From Rubripirellula sp. (GTDB lineage Bacteria; Planctomycetota; Planctomycetia; Pirellulales; Pirellulaceae), in NCBI GenBank assembly GCA_965216875.1, contig OZ244207.1:1568001-1632000 (forward strand): a stretch of 64,000 nucleotides of DNA. Direction: 5' to 3'. Below the pieces are notes generated by a model that worked only from the letters and a program-made list of their open reading frames with translations, was not told where the DNA came from and ran no database searches. The translations under genes were made by a program, and so were the position numbers. This document shows positions 38,628 to 49,130 of this stretch, piece after piece; within the stretch, counting starts at the first letter, position 1; each line of letters begins with the position of its first letter.

Positions 38628-41279
38628 ATGGCCAAGAAAGCTGCTGCCGCAAAGATGGTTTATTACTTCGGTAAGACCAAGACCGAAGGCAAAGGAAAAG
38701 AAAAAGCCCTGCTGGGCGGTAAAGGTGTCAACCTTGCCGAAATGACCAGCATCGGACTCCCTGTCCCTCCCGGATTCACGATCACAACCGAAGTCTGTGA
38801 CGCCTACTACAAGTCGGGCAAGAAACTGCCCAAGGGCTTGATGGATGAAGTCAACAAAGCAGTCGCAACGCTCGAGAAAGAGCTCAAGAAGAATTTCAGC
38901 GACGACTCGAACCCACTGTTGGTGAGTGTTCGATCGGGTGCAGCTGTCAGCATGCCTGGCATGATGAACACGATCCTGAACCTCGGCCTGAACGACAAGT
39001 CGACTGCGGGCTTGGCAAAGGCAACCAAGAACGAGCGTTTTGCTTACGACGCCTACCGTCGTTTGATCAACATGTTCGGTGACGTGGTTGCAGGCGTGGA
39101 TCACCACGAATTCGAAAAGGCCTTCGACAAGATCAAGAAGAAGTACAAGGTCACCGAAGACACTGATGTCCCTGCGGAAGGACTCAAGCAACTTTGCGAA
39201 GACTACAAGGCGGTTTACAAGAAGCACGCCAAGGCAGACTTCCCGCAAAACCCGATCAAGCAACTTGAGCTTTCGATCGAAGCCGTCTTCGGTTCGTGGA
39301 ACACCACGCGTGCGGTTCAATACCGTGAAATCGAAGGCATCCGTGGCTTGCTTGGAACCGCCGTCAACGTCCAGTCAATGGTTTACGGCAACATGGGCGA
39401 CGACTCGGGAACGGGTGTTGCCTTCACGCGTAACCCCAACACCGGCGAAAACAAGTTCTTTGGCGAGTTCTTGATCAACGCTCAAGGTGAAGACGTTGTT
39501 GCTGGTATTCGTACTCCACAACACGTTTCGGAGATGCCCAAGTGGAACCGCAAGGTTCACAAAGAGCTTCTGGGTATTAAGAAGACGCTCGAGGATCACT
39601 ACGCCGAAATGCAGGACATCGAGTTCACGATTGAACGCGGTACCCTCTACATGCTGCAAACGCGTACCGGTAAGCGAACCGGTATCGCCGCAGTGAAGAT
39701 CGCCTGCGACATGGTCAAGGAAAAGCTGATCGACACCAAAGAGGCTGTCCTTCGCGTTCCTGCAAACGACTTGACCCAGTTGTTGCTGCCTAGCTTCAAG
39801 CCAACCGCTCGCAACGCCGCCGACGTGCTGACTCGCGGTTTGAATGCCTCACCAGGTGCTGCGGTTGGTAAGCTCGCCTTCAGTGCTGACGAAGCTCAAG
39901 AGCGAGCTGCCGAAGGCGAATCCGTCATCTTGGTTCGTAAAGAAACGAGTCCAGAAGACGTTGCTGGTATGCACGCTGCCTCGGGCATTTTGACCAGCAC
40001 CGGTGGTGCAACCAGCCACGCTGCTGTGGTTGCTCGCGGTTGGGGCAAGTGCTGCGTCGCGGGTGCCGGAGCGATCCAAATCAACGAAAAAGGTCGCAAG
40101 ATCACCGTTGATGGTCGTACCTTTGGACCCAATGACACGATCAGCCTTGATGGCACGACCGGTGACGTGATGGTCGGTTCGGTCGAAACACAAGAAGCCA
40201 AGCTGGGCGGCGACTTCGCCAAGCTGATGAAGTGGGCCGATGAATTCCGTCGCCTCGATGTTCGCACCAACGCGGAATCGCCAGCCGACTCAAAGCGTGC
40301 TCGCGACTTCGGTGCTCAAGGTATCGGCCTTTGCCGTACTGAGCACATGTTCTTCGAGGAAGGCCGCATCATTCACATGCGTGCAATGATCCTTGCCGAA
40401 AACGAGAAGGATCGCCGTGCCGCACTGAAGAAGTTGTTGCCGATCCAGCGCAAAGACTTCGAAGGCATCTTCAAAGCCATGAACGGTCTGCCTGTGACCA
40501 TTCGTTTGTTGGATCCACCACTTCACGAGTTCTTGCCACACGACAAGGCTTCGCAGAAGGAATTGGCGGAAGAGCTTGGCGTCAAGGTTGCCGAAATCGA
40601 CAAGCGTTCAAAGGCTCTGCACGAGTCGAACCCAATGCTTGGTCACCGTGGTTGCCGCCTGAGCGTGACGTACCCTGAAATCCTCGAGATGCAGGTTCGT
40701 GCGATCGTCGAAGCCGCAATCAATTGCTCGAAGAAGAAGATCAAGGCTCAGCCTGAGATCATGATTCCATTGGTCGGTACTGCTGCCGAACTCGAATTGC
40801 TCCGTGGCAAGGTTGAGGAAACCATCGAGGAAGTCAAGACTGCCAAGAAGCACACTGGCAAGTTGGACATCCTGATCGGAACGATGATTGAGATTCCACG
40901 TGCTGCGTTGACCGCAGACGAAGTGGCTGAACACGCCGACTTCTTCAGCTTCGGCACGAACGACTTGACTCAGATGGCGTTTGGCTACAGCCGTGACGAC
41001 ATCAACACGTTCTTGCCTGACTACTTGGCACAGGACATCTTGCACGTTGACCCGTTCCAATCGCTTGACCAAACCGGTGTTGGTCAACTGGTCGAGATGG
41101 GCGTCCAAAAGGGCCGCAGCACCAAGCCGAAGCTCAAGATCGGTATCTGCGGCGAACACGGCGGCGAGCCAAACTCGGTCGACTTCTGTCACCGAGTCGG
41201 ATTGGACTACGTCAGCTGCAGTCCGTTCCGCGTGCCAATCGCCCGCTTGGCTGCTGCACAAGCCGCATTGCGAAAGTAG
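38628..41279 (+). CDS. ppdK: Pyruvate, phosphate dikinase
   Basis: LGGKGVNL, PLLVSVRSGA, NAQGEDVVAG, GGATSHAAVVARG (phospho-His), GLCRTEHM, FSFGTNDLTQ, GICGEHGG. Confidence 0.98.
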   Translation: MAKKAAAAKMVYYFGKTKTEGKGKEKALLGGKGVNLAEMTSIGLPVPPGFTITTEVCDAYYKSGKKLPKGLMDEVNKAVATLEKELKKNFSDDSNPLLVSVRSGAAVSMPGMMNTILNLGLNDKSTAGLAKATKNERFAYDAYRRLINMFGDVVAGVDHHEFEKAFDKIKKKYKVTEDTDVPAEGLKQLCEDYKAVYKKHAKADFPQNPIKQLELSIEAVFGSWNTTRAVQYREIEGIRGLLGTAVNVQSMVYGNMGDDSGTGVAFTRNPNTGENKFFGEFLINAQGEDVVAGIRTPQHVSEMPKWNRKVHKELLGIKKTLEDHYAEMQDIEFTIERGTLYMLQTRTGKRTGIAAVKIACDMVKEKLIDTKEAVLRVPANDLTQLLLPSFKPTARNAADVLTRGLNASPGAAVGKLAFSADEAQERAAEGESVILVRKETSPEDVAGMHAASGILTSTGGATSHAAVVARGWGKCCVAGAGAIQINEKGRKITVDGRTFGPNDTISLDGTTGDVMVGSVETQEAKLGGDFAKLMKWADEFRRLDVRTNAESPADSKRARDFGAQGIGLCRTEHMFFEEGRIIHMRAMILAENEKDRRAALKKLLPIQRKDFEGIFKAMNGLPVTIRLLDPPLHEFLPHDKASQKELAEELGVKVAEIDKRSKALHESNPMLGHRGCRLSVTYPEILEMQVRAIVEAAINCSKKKIKAQPEIMIPLVGTAAELELLRGKVEETIEEVKTAKKHTGKLDILIGTMIEIPRAALTADEVAEHADFFSFGTNDLTQMAFGYSRDDINTFLPDYLAQDILHVDPFQSLDQTGVGQLVEMGVQKGRSTKPKLKIGICGEHGGEPNSVDFCHRVGLDYVSCSPFRVPIARLAAAQAALRK

Positions 41280-41336
41280 CAACGGCTGTGCTGCGTTGCA
41301 CGTAGCACGCTGAATTCACTTATTGCGACGAATCAA

Positions 41337-41382
41337 AGCGGGCACCGTGAAAACTGTTGAGAGACGGTTTTCGGTGCCCGCT
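41337..41382 (+). terminator. Hairpin / likely terminator after ppdK
   Basis: AGCGGGCACCG.GAAAAC...GTTTTCGGTGCCCGCT long imperfect stem. Confidence 0.55.
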
Positions 41383-41474
41383 CGTTCGTAGCAACCCAAC
41401 TTCTTACAAAGACATCCAGCTGGCCCCAAACGATTCGTCTGTCTAAGGGGGCGGCAAAATCAACGGCGAAAGCG

Positions 41475-41813
41475 ATGGCTGAGATTCACGTCAAATACAA
41501 CGAAGTCGAAAAACTGATCGACGACGAGAAGTTCGAGGAAGCGATTGAGGGGCTCAAGGCCATCGTCGAAGAAGATGCCAGCTACGTTCTGGCACACCTC
41601 GCTCTTGCTCGTGTTTACACAAAAACGGGCGAACACGATCTTGCGATCACGCACGGCGAAAAGGCTTGTGAGCTCGAGCCGACTGATCCGTTCAACTTCA
41701 CCGCGATGAGTGTTACCTATCAACGTGCTTGGGCGGGTACTCAAGAGCAGCAGTACATTGCCAAGGCGGAAGAGGCGATGGCGCGAGCTCAGATGCTGCA
41801 GTCGCAGCAGTAG
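41475..41813 (+). CDS. Small TPR-like protein
   Basis: 112 aa with helical TPR-like repeats (YVLAHLALARVY...A...GEKACELEP.D). Confidence 0.75.
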   Translation: MAEIHVKYNEVEKLIDDEKFEEAIEGLKAIVEEDASYVLAHLALARVYTKTGEHDLAITHGEKACELEPTDPFNFTAMSVTYQRAWAGTQEQQYIAKAEEAMARAQMLQSQQ

Positions 41814-42057
41814 CGATACGGGAAACCGTACCCGAGTGGCTCGAAGGAGTGCGGCTATCGGTCGCAACTCCTGTGCACTCGAGGGTTTACGGCTCCCCCG
41901 TGAAGGCTGGTTTGAGGCCTGCAGAGGCTACTTTTACATCCCTATTACATAGCTTGGCCTTGCTTGAGACAGAGCAAATCGCTTAGTCCCCTAAACTTTG
42001 GACGTCCATTCGGCAGAGGATGCCGAAGACGCAACACTTCAAAACTGGAATTCGCAA

Positions 42058-43092
42058 ATGGCGTCCGTCGTCGACAACCCAAGTCACAGTCCCAACAAGC
42101 ATTCCGATCGTCGATCGCGAAAACTTGCTGACAAGCCGAATAACGAACAACCAGCTGAGTCCAAGAAGAAAAAGGACGTAGGCCCGCTGACGTCGGAGCG
42201 GAAACGCTTCAGCAACATCAGCTACTGGGCGATCGGTTGGTTGACCATGGCTCACCTTGTCGTGTTGGCTGCACCGTTCACGTTCACCTGGACTGGACTG
42301 ATCGTTGCTTTGGGCCTGCACTGGATGACCGGAAGCCTCGGCATCTGTCTTGGCTACCACCGCTTGCTGACCCATACCGGAATGAAGACTTACGGTTGGG
42401 TGCGATACTTCTTTACTTCGATTGGCGTTCTGGCTGGCGAAGGTTCGCCGCTCGATTGGGTTGCCGACCACCGCAAGCATCACGCTTGTAGCGACCAAGA
42501 TGGCGACCCGCACTCGCCTCGCGATGGCAGCTTCTGGAGCCACATGTTCTGGCTCGCCTACCACACTCACAACGGTGATCGTAAGGCCTACCTCCAGAAG
42601 TGGGCTCCCGACCTGTACAAAGAACGCGGCATGCGTTTGATGGATTTCCTGTTCCTGCCGATGCACATTGCATGTGGATGCGTTCTCTTCGCAATCGGAT
42701 ACTACGCCAGCGGGATGGAAATGGCCGTGTCACTTGTGGTCTGGGGCATGTTCGTGCGTCTGGTGACCGTGCTTCACGCAACGTGGATGGTAAACAGTGC
42801 CTCGCACATGTTTGGTTACCGCAACTATGAAACGACCGACGACAGCCGCAACAACTGGTTGGTCGCGATCGTTGCTTACGGCGAAGGTTGGCACAACAAC
42901 CACCACGCCTATCCCCGTATGGCCAAGCACGGCCACAAGTGGTGGGAGTTTGACATCACCTGGCAAGCCATTCGTTTGCTTCGTGCAACAGGCTTGGTCT
43001 GGGATGTGGTCGACTACCGCAACGCGGCTGAAAAGAAAGCGATGCAAGACAAAAACTCGGATAGCGATGAGCAACAAGCGACAGCCGCCTAG
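42058..43092 (+). CDS. Delta-9 acyl-lipid/acyl-CoA fatty acid desaturase
   Basis: His boxes YHRLLTH, HRKHH and GEGWHNNHH; DPHSP; VNSASH. Confidence 0.93.
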   Translation: MASVVDNPSHSPNKHSDRRSRKLADKPNNEQPAESKKKKDVGPLTSERKRFSNISYWAIGWLTMAHLVVLAAPFTFTWTGLIVALGLHWMTGSLGICLGYHRLLTHTGMKTYGWVRYFFTSIGVLAGEGSPLDWVADHRKHHACSDQDGDPHSPRDGSFWSHMFWLAYHTHNGDRKAYLQKWAPDLYKERGMRLMDFLFLPMHIACGCVLFAIGYYASGMEMAVSLVVWGMFVRLVTVLHATWMVNSASHMFGYRNYETTDDSRNNWLVAIVAYGEGWHNNHHAYPRMAKHGHKWWEFDITWQAIRLLRATGLVWDVVDYRNAAEKKAMQDKNSDSDEQQATAA

Positions 43093-43119
43093 TTGCGAGG
43101 CAATTTGAATTTGACTTTC

Positions 43120-43151
43120 AAAACGCGGTTGGGACTCCCAACCGCGTTTTT
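43120..43151 (+). terminator. Rho-independent terminator
   Basis: AAAACGCGGTTGGGA-c-TCCCAACCGCGTTTTT. Confidence 0.8.
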
Positions 43152-43170
43152 CTTTGCGCTGGTGAATTCA

Positions 43171-43452
43171 GTGACCGAGTCCAACCCCTACACACCGCCC
43201 AACGAGATTGAGGCCGAATCGGACGATCAGACGGTAAGCGCATTGGGCGATGCGCGTGAAGAGATGACTCGGCTTGAGAGGTTGATTGGGAACATCGTCG
43301 TGTCAGCGATGATCGGTTCGCTCTACGTCGCCGTGGCCGCTCTCTTTGTTCACGGTGGTTGGGTCGGCGCCGTTGCCGTTGCGGTCTTTTTGCCAATCGT
43401 GGTTGGGATCACGATCTACCTGATGGTCTCATTGCGAGCGCTGCGACGCTGA
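43171..43452 (+). CDS. Small membrane protein with N-terminal NPYxxP motif
   Basis: ESNPYTPP followed by 2 hydrophobic helices; GTG start assumed. Confidence 0.55.
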   Translation: MTESNPYTPPNEIEAESDDQTVSALGDAREEMTRLERLIGNIVVSAMIGSLYVAVAALFVHGGWVGAVAVAVFLPIVVGITIYLMVSLRALRR

Positions 43453-43568
43453 ATGGTCTCGCCGGATAATTGGGACAGATCACTGTATCTTTCGCACTTG
43501 CGCGTCTATCGTTTTACTGCTCGCCACACCCTACACGTCCCGCCCCAAAATCCGCCCTGGATGTCTCG

Positions 43569-45971
43569 ATGAATTCGATTCGAATTGTCTTCTGTGTTTG
43601 CGTCCTGTTGATCGCCAACACGTGTTGTTTGCCGGTTGTCGCCGTTGCAGCGGATAACGATTCCAAGACGATTGTCTATCGTTTGGTGGGCGATACCGAG
43701 TTGAAGCTTGATCTGTTTCTTCCGGACGAGCCTGCGGTGGCTGCCCCCTGCGTCGTTTTCATTCATGGCGGCGGTTGGCTTAACGGGAACCGCGGCAGCG
43801 GAAAGAAGAACGCGGCTTGGTTAACGCAGCATGGGTTTGCGGTCGCGAGTATCGACTATCGTTTGACGGATGTTGCACAATGGCCAGCGCAAATCGACGA
43901 TTGCTACAGTGCCGTTGCCTGGGTTCGCGAGCATGGTGGTGACTTTGGGATCGATCCAAAGCGGATCGGCGTGTTTGGGACCTCGGCCGGAGCACATTTG
44001 GCGGCGTTGGTGGGGACACGGCGAAACCCGAAGGTTGGCGGCGTGTCAACGAAGGTCCAGGCGGTGTGTGATTTCTTTGGGCCGGCCGACTTGCTTTCCA
44101 TGCCACCCAACAACGTTGGCAATGGGCGGACTGCCGAGCAGGTTGCCAAGTCAAACGGCGCAAAGCTCCTTGGAGCCACGGTTCGAGATGTGCCGAAGCT
44201 CGCCCGTGACGCAAGTGCGCTCTGTCAGGTTTCGCGCGACGATGCGCCTTTTTTGATCGTTCACGGTTCAGAAGACCCAGGTGTTCCGTTGGCACAGAGT
44301 CAAAGGCTGCACGCGGCGTTGGTTCACGAAGGCGTGCCATCTCGATTGCATGTGCTGGCAGGTGCCAAGCATGGCGGAAAGGAATTCAAAACGGAGCAAG
44401 TCCAAGCTGTCGTGGCAGACTTCTTTTCACGCAATCTGAAACGCGTCTGGAACCAAGGTGCCGGTGGGCAAGGGGATTTTCGTCGTCGTGATCTCTCGTC
44501 GCCAACCGACTGGAGTGTGGTGCGAGATGAGAACATTCGTTGGCGCAAAAGGTTGCCCGAAACGGGGCAGAGCACGGTTGCCGTTTGGGAGAACCGAGTC
44601 TTCTTTTCGACCATGGAGAAGGTCGACGCTGACGCTCAGCTTGGCAGCAACATTGTCGCTTGGTGCTGCGACGCGGATACCGGCGAAACCAATTGGAAAC
44701 GTGATGTTCCTGCAGATCACCCGCTTCGCCTGTCAGGGTGTTTTAGTGATTCGACGGGGCCGCCACCGGTTACCGATGGCAAACATGTCGTCTTTTTCAA
44801 TGCCTCGGGAGCGATCGTCTGTTTTGATTTCGATGGCGACGTGATCTGGCAAAAAGAGTTGATGGCGGTGGGGCGCAGCCAGCCGGTTTTGTTGGATGGG
44901 CAAGTCGTCTTCATCAAGCAAACGTACATGCCGGACGATGGCGGTCATTTCACGCACGATCACAAAGACGCGCCGCTTGATCAATGGACTCAGCTACAAG
45001 CGGTTGACATCAAGACCGGGGATCCGACCTGGCACACGACATGTGGCGTCAACATGGGGTGCGTTCCGCTTCCAATGACTTTGAGCGACGGTCGGCGGGT
45101 GATGGTGGTGGGACGCGGCGGCGGTCATTCACCACCTGAGAAGCCCGAGGGGATTTCGATGATCGATCTCGTCGATGGCAGCACGCTGTGGACGCTCGAA
45201 CTACCTCGCTTCATGAGCACAATGACGTTCCCTGTTTTCAGAGACGAAGTGCTTGTGTTTGACCGCGATGAGCATCTGTGGATCGATGCGTTCACTGGCA
45301 AGATCACGCGGCGTGTGAATTATCTTGCCGATGTGGTGGTTCATGCTCGCAAGCAGGGCAAGGACATCGCGGGCACTCAATCATTAAAGCTAGGTAAGAA
45401 AACCAGGGCACTGATCCAGCAGTCGAATCTACTTGTCGGCAAATATCATTTCTTTCGCAGCTACACACAGCCTTGGTTGGGCCGCGTCAATGTCGAATCG
45501 GGTGACGTTGAATACCTGCAGTTGCCTGTCCAGGTCGAAGTGACGGAAACCAACCGTCGAGAACTTTGGAGCGACGAAGGCATGTCGCCCAAGCTGATCG
45601 AGTCGCTCAAGAACGCTGCTCGCAAACGACCATCACGGTTGCCGGTCCAGCAATGGTGTTTTCGCCCCAATGAGATGAAGAATAGCCGCGGGCATGTTGT
45701 GATGGGTGATGCACGCTCGATGGGAAACGGTTGGGGGCATCACGCTTCCCAAGTTCCGACGGTTGTTGGTAAGCATCTTTACGTGCCAACGATGAGCGGC
45801 ATTGTTTACGTGATTGATTGGAACGCGGATCGCCTGGACCGGAACGCTGTGATTGCGATCAATGATTTGGGTGAGTTGGGCCAATCTTGGTGCAGGGCCA
45901 GTTTGAGTGCGGTGGATGGCCGACTCTATGCTCACACGATCGCAGACTTGATATGTATTGAAGCAGAGTAG
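43569..45971 (+). CDS. Fusion of an alpha/beta-hydrolase (esterase) and a PQQ-like beta-propeller
   Basis: HGGGW, GTSAG nucleophile, HGSEDPGV, KHGG; then PTDWS...NIRWRKRLPETGQST and propeller W-repeats. Confidence 0.8.
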   Translation: MNSIRIVFCVCVLLIANTCCLPVVAVAADNDSKTIVYRLVGDTELKLDLFLPDEPAVAAPCVVFIHGGGWLNGNRGSGKKNAAWLTQHGFAVASIDYRLTDVAQWPAQIDDCYSAVAWVREHGGDFGIDPKRIGVFGTSAGAHLAALVGTRRNPKVGGVSTKVQAVCDFFGPADLLSMPPNNVGNGRTAEQVAKSNGAKLLGATVRDVPKLARDASALCQVSRDDAPFLIVHGSEDPGVPLAQSQRLHAALVHEGVPSRLHVLAGAKHGGKEFKTEQVQAVVADFFSRNLKRVWNQGAGGQGDFRRRDLSSPTDWSVVRDENIRWRKRLPETGQSTVAVWENRVFFSTMEKVDADAQLGSNIVAWCCDADTGETNWKRDVPADHPLRLSGCFSDSTGPPPVTDGKHVVFFNASGAIVCFDFDGDVIWQKELMAVGRSQPVLLDGQVVFIKQTYMPDDGGHFTHDHKDAPLDQWTQLQAVDIKTGDPTWHTTCGVNMGCVPLPMTLSDGRRVMVVGRGGGHSPPEKPEGISMIDLVDGSTLWTLELPRFMSTMTFPVFRDEVLVFDRDEHLWIDAFTGKITRRVNYLADVVVHARKQGKDIAGTQSLKLGKKTRALIQQSNLLVGKYHFFRSYTQPWLGRVNVESGDVEYLQLPVQVEVTETNRRELWSDEGMSPKLIESLKNAARKRPSRLPVQQWCFRPNEMKNSRGHVVMGDARSMGNGWGHHASQVPTVVGKHLYVPTMSGIVYVIDWNADRLDRNAVIAINDLGELGQSWCRASLSAVDGRLYAHTIADLICIEAE

Positions 45972-46145
45972 ACAACGAACGGCTCAGTGATGATTGGTTG
46001 GAAGGGTGATTGGTTGGAAGGTGTTGATCATGCCGGATCTGAGTCGCTGTCGCACCTTGATTCGGCCTACTGAATGACCATCATGTGTCGGCGGTAACTA
46101 TACTGGTGCGAAAACAGGCTTACGGCAGACTTCGATAGCGACGGC

Positions 46146-46841
46146 ATGAACGACACGAAACGGCAAGGATGGTTGGCTTACGTCGCGCCAATGGCCGTGT
46201 TCCTCGCGCTGGTCGAGATATCGAGTCGTTTTTTTGAGATCGACCAGCTCGGCTTGTTGGCTCTTCGGGTAGTGCTTCCCGCGGCGGTACTTGCATTCTT
46301 TTTCTATCGAGGTGCCTACAAAGAGTTACGGCCACGATGGACAGCAATGACGCTCGTCGATGTTGGGTTGGGTGTGGTGCTCGCGGCGCTTTGGGTGCGC
46401 CCCTATCTTCTCTTTCCGTCCATTCGGCCCGAATCGGTTGACGCCTTTGACCGGACGATGGCAGGTGGATCGATGGTGGCTGCGGTTTTGGCGATTCGCA
46501 TGGTCGGCTATGCAGTCGTCACTCCGGTGATGGAAGAGCTGTTCATGCGAAGCTTCCTGATGCGGATGGTGGACAGCTACGACTCCGAAAAAGAGTTCGA
46601 CGAGCTTCCGGTTGGGGCGTTCTCGTGGCGAAACTTTGTCGTGGTGACGGTTGTCTTTCTGGCGACACACGCGATGTGGGAGTGGTGGGTGATGCTGCCG
46701 TGGGCGGTCTTGACCAACCTATGGTTTTACTACCGCAAAGACCTGTTCGCGCTGGTGATGCTTCATGGTGCGACCAATGCCTCGATTCTGATCGCCGCGA
46801 TCGTAATGGGAGACCGGTATTCGCTGTGGTTCTTGGTTTGA
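46146..46841 (+). CDS. CAAX prenyl protease-related (CPBP) membrane metalloprotease
   Basis: PVMEELFMRSFL, FLATH, HGATN. Confidence 0.85.
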   Translation: MNDTKRQGWLAYVAPMAVFLALVEISSRFFEIDQLGLLALRVVLPAAVLAFFFYRGAYKELRPRWTAMTLVDVGLGVVLAALWVRPYLLFPSIRPESVDAFDRTMAGGSMVAAVLAIRMVGYAVVTPVMEELFMRSFLMRMVDSYDSEKEFDELPVGAFSWRNFVVVTVVFLATHAMWEWWVMLPWAVLTNLWFYYRKDLFALVMLHGATNASILIAAIVMGDRYSLWFLV

Positions 46842-46978
46842 TCGGTTCCGCCTGTTGGCTGGCCGAATCGGGCTTCTTGGCGGTCGGCAGCCGCGTTCGC
46901 TCGACGAGCCAATTTCGGCTGCTACAATCGGGACATTAAACCGCTCACAGAAAACAGCGTCTGGGTTGTTTGCACGAT

Positions 46979-47902
46979 ATGAAGATTAAATGTCCCGGCT
47001 GTTCGTCGGTTTTGAACGTTCCCGAATCGGCAGCTGGCAAGGTCGTCAAATGCCCTTGTGGCAAGCAGCTGCGCGCTCCCGGTGGCTCTGCCAGAGCGGG
47101 TGCAGCGCAAGCACCCCAGCAGCGGCCTACAACGCCTCAACCACAACAAGCCCGCCCACAGCAGCGGCCCGCCCAACCGACTCAGCGCCCGCCACAACCA
47201 CAAGCCTCGGGCGGTGGAGGTGGCTTGGGGCTCGACCCAGACATTTTTGATGAATTGACTGACGGCGACATGCAGCCAGTTCAAGCGGTCGTGCGCCCTG
47301 GGCAACAAACGAATCCGTACGCGACGACTGCGAGCTCAGACCAGATGCTCAATCAGTATGCGTCGGAGGATGTTCGCAGCACAGGTTCTGGTGACGGTCG
47401 TGGCCGCAAGCCAGGATTGTTGTATTTCTTGGGCGTGATCAACATTCTCTGGTCGCTCGGGTTTTTCTTGATCACGCTGCTGCTGGTCGGCCTGGTCACG
47501 ATGTTTGCTGATATCGACGAGCTGTTTCAGGCGGACGAAGTTTCACTTGCCGCTGTCGTCGCGGCAACGGTGACGATGGGACTGATTTCGGCGGCAACGG
47601 CCGTTGCTTGTTTCTGGCCAGCAAAGGGTTGTTGGTACATTTTGCTGTTCAGCTACGGTTACGGCTTTGCGGACCGAATCTTCGGCGCCATCGGTTCAGC
47701 GATGGAGGAAGAAGGGGGCAGTCGCTTGATCGGCGCCGGTATCGGGATTCTGGTGGGTCTCAGTTTCTGGGCCTTCATGCATGGCGACGAAGTGCGGGCG
47801 CACTATCGCACGCGAAATGCGGGAATCGGCGGCGTTGTGGTTGCCGATGTGCTCGGTGTGCTCGTTGGCTGTGGGCTCGGAGCAGCGGTCGTCTTTATGT
47901 AG
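46979..47902 (+). CDS. Zinc-finger plus multi-TM hypothetical protein
   Basis: CPGC...CPCG, Gln/Pro linker, NPYA, about 5 TM helices. Confidence 0.7.
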   Translation: MKIKCPGCSSVLNVPESAAGKVVKCPCGKQLRAPGGSARAGAAQAPQQRPTTPQPQQARPQQRPAQPTQRPPQPQASGGGGGLGLDPDIFDELTDGDMQPVQAVVRPGQQTNPYATTASSDQMLNQYASEDVRSTGSGDGRGRKPGLLYFLGVINILWSLGFFLITLLLVGLVTMFADIDELFQADEVSLAAVVAATVTMGLISAATAVACFWPAKGCWYILLFSYGYGFADRIFGAIGSAMEEEGGSRLIGAGIGILVGLSFWAFMHGDEVRAHYRTRNAGIGGVVVADVLGVLVGCGLGAAVVFM

Positions 47903-47950
47903 GCACGCGACGACGAACTCACGTGTCCACCCGGTTGACCAACCGTGTCA

Positions 47951-47979
47951 TTTGATGGCGTAATCTAGGTTCCATCAAA
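47951..47979. promoter_or_regulatory. Inverted repeat upstream of the WYL gene (possible operator)
   Basis: TTTGATGG-N13-CCATCAAA. Confidence 0.3.
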
Positions 47980-48047
47980 GAGAGATGCCATTGCTGGCGT
48001 CTCCTTTTCCAGGTGGCAATGACCCTCGCAATAACAGGACGATCGCG

Positions 48048-49061
48048 GTGGCACGGAACGAGCAGCTGATTCGACAACACAAACTTCTTCAACTCCTTGA
48101 GTATTCGAGGTTTGGACGGACCCTTGATGAACTGCGAGGCGATCTGATCGCCGACCTTGGGCTGACCAATTTGCATGAACGGACCGTTCGACGCGACATC
48201 GAGGCGCTTCAAGCTGCTGGTTTTGACATTCAAAGCGATACGGTCGAGCGGGGTAAGGTCTACAAGCTTGGTCAAAACAACACCGGCGTTCACGAAATCG
48301 GAATCTCCTCGACCGAGTTGATCGCACTTTCCATTGGACGCGAATTGCTCTATCCGCTGCTGGGAACTCAATACTGGCGCGGGATCGAGACGTTCTGGAA
48401 CAAAGTGCAAGAAACCGTTCCCAATGGAGTCTTCGATCACTACGCACGGTTTCGCAAGACGCTGCACGTCTTCGGCACGCCGAGTAAGACCTACGAGCAC
48501 CACGAAGGGATGCTGAAAACGATCAACCGCGCGATCCTCGAACACCGTGTGGTTGAGATTGAATACGAGTCGGTTGGTAAACCCGCATCGACAAGGCGGA
48601 TCGAACCGTACGGATTGGCGGTCTATCAAAGCAGCATCTACGTCATCGCTGCCGCCGAAGAGATCTCTGATCCAAGTGAACGTTTAAGGAACTGGAAGCT
48701 CGATCGCTTTCGACACGCGACGGCACTGGACGAGTACTTCAAGCCCAATCCGAACATCGACGTTTCGGATCATCTTTCAAAAAGCATTGGGATCTTTTCC
48801 GGCGAGACGTCGACGCTGGTCAAGATTCGCCTCGGACAACGTGCGGCAGCTTGGGTCGGCGAGGACCCCTGGCATCCCGACCAACAACTCGAGTCGCAAG
48901 AGGACGGTTCGGCGATTTTGACCGTGCCCGCATCGCATCCGCGAGAAGTGCTGCCTAAGGTATTGTCACTGGGTAGTGATGCGGAAGTCTTGGGGCCCGA
49001 GCCGTTTCGCAAAGCGGTGGCCGAAGCGGTCGCTAACATGGCAGCAAGTTACGAGAGCTAG
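48048..49061 (+). CDS. HTH-WYL-WCX transcriptional regulator (YafY/PafB-like)
   Basis: ERTVRRDIEALQAAG HTH; RRIEPYGL...IYVIA...RNWKLDR WYL domain; LSLGSDAEVLGPEPFR WCX domain. The GTG start is assumed; the ORF is open from 47985. Confidence 0.9.
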   Translation: MARNEQLIRQHKLLQLLEYSRFGRTLDELRGDLIADLGLTNLHERTVRRDIEALQAAGFDIQSDTVERGKVYKLGQNNTGVHEIGISSTELIALSIGRELLYPLLGTQYWRGIETFWNKVQETVPNGVFDHYARFRKTLHVFGTPSKTYEHHEGMLKTINRAILEHRVVEIEYESVGKPASTRRIEPYGLAVYQSSIYVIAAAEEISDPSERLRNWKLDRFRHATALDEYFKPNPNIDVSDHLSKSIGIFSGETSTLVKIRLGQRAAAWVGEDPWHPDQQLESQEDGSAILTVPASHPREVLPKVLSLGSDAEVLGPEPFRKAVAEAVANMAASYES

Positions 49062-49130
49062 GCCAGACGCTCTTCTGTCAAGGTGCACGACATATTGAAT
49101 CCCCTTCCGTTTGACCCCAAGGCTCGCAAG

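Noticed and set aside
45991..46021. TGATTGGTTGGAAGG tandem duplication
   Set aside because: Two copies only and no supporting context; probably replication slippage.
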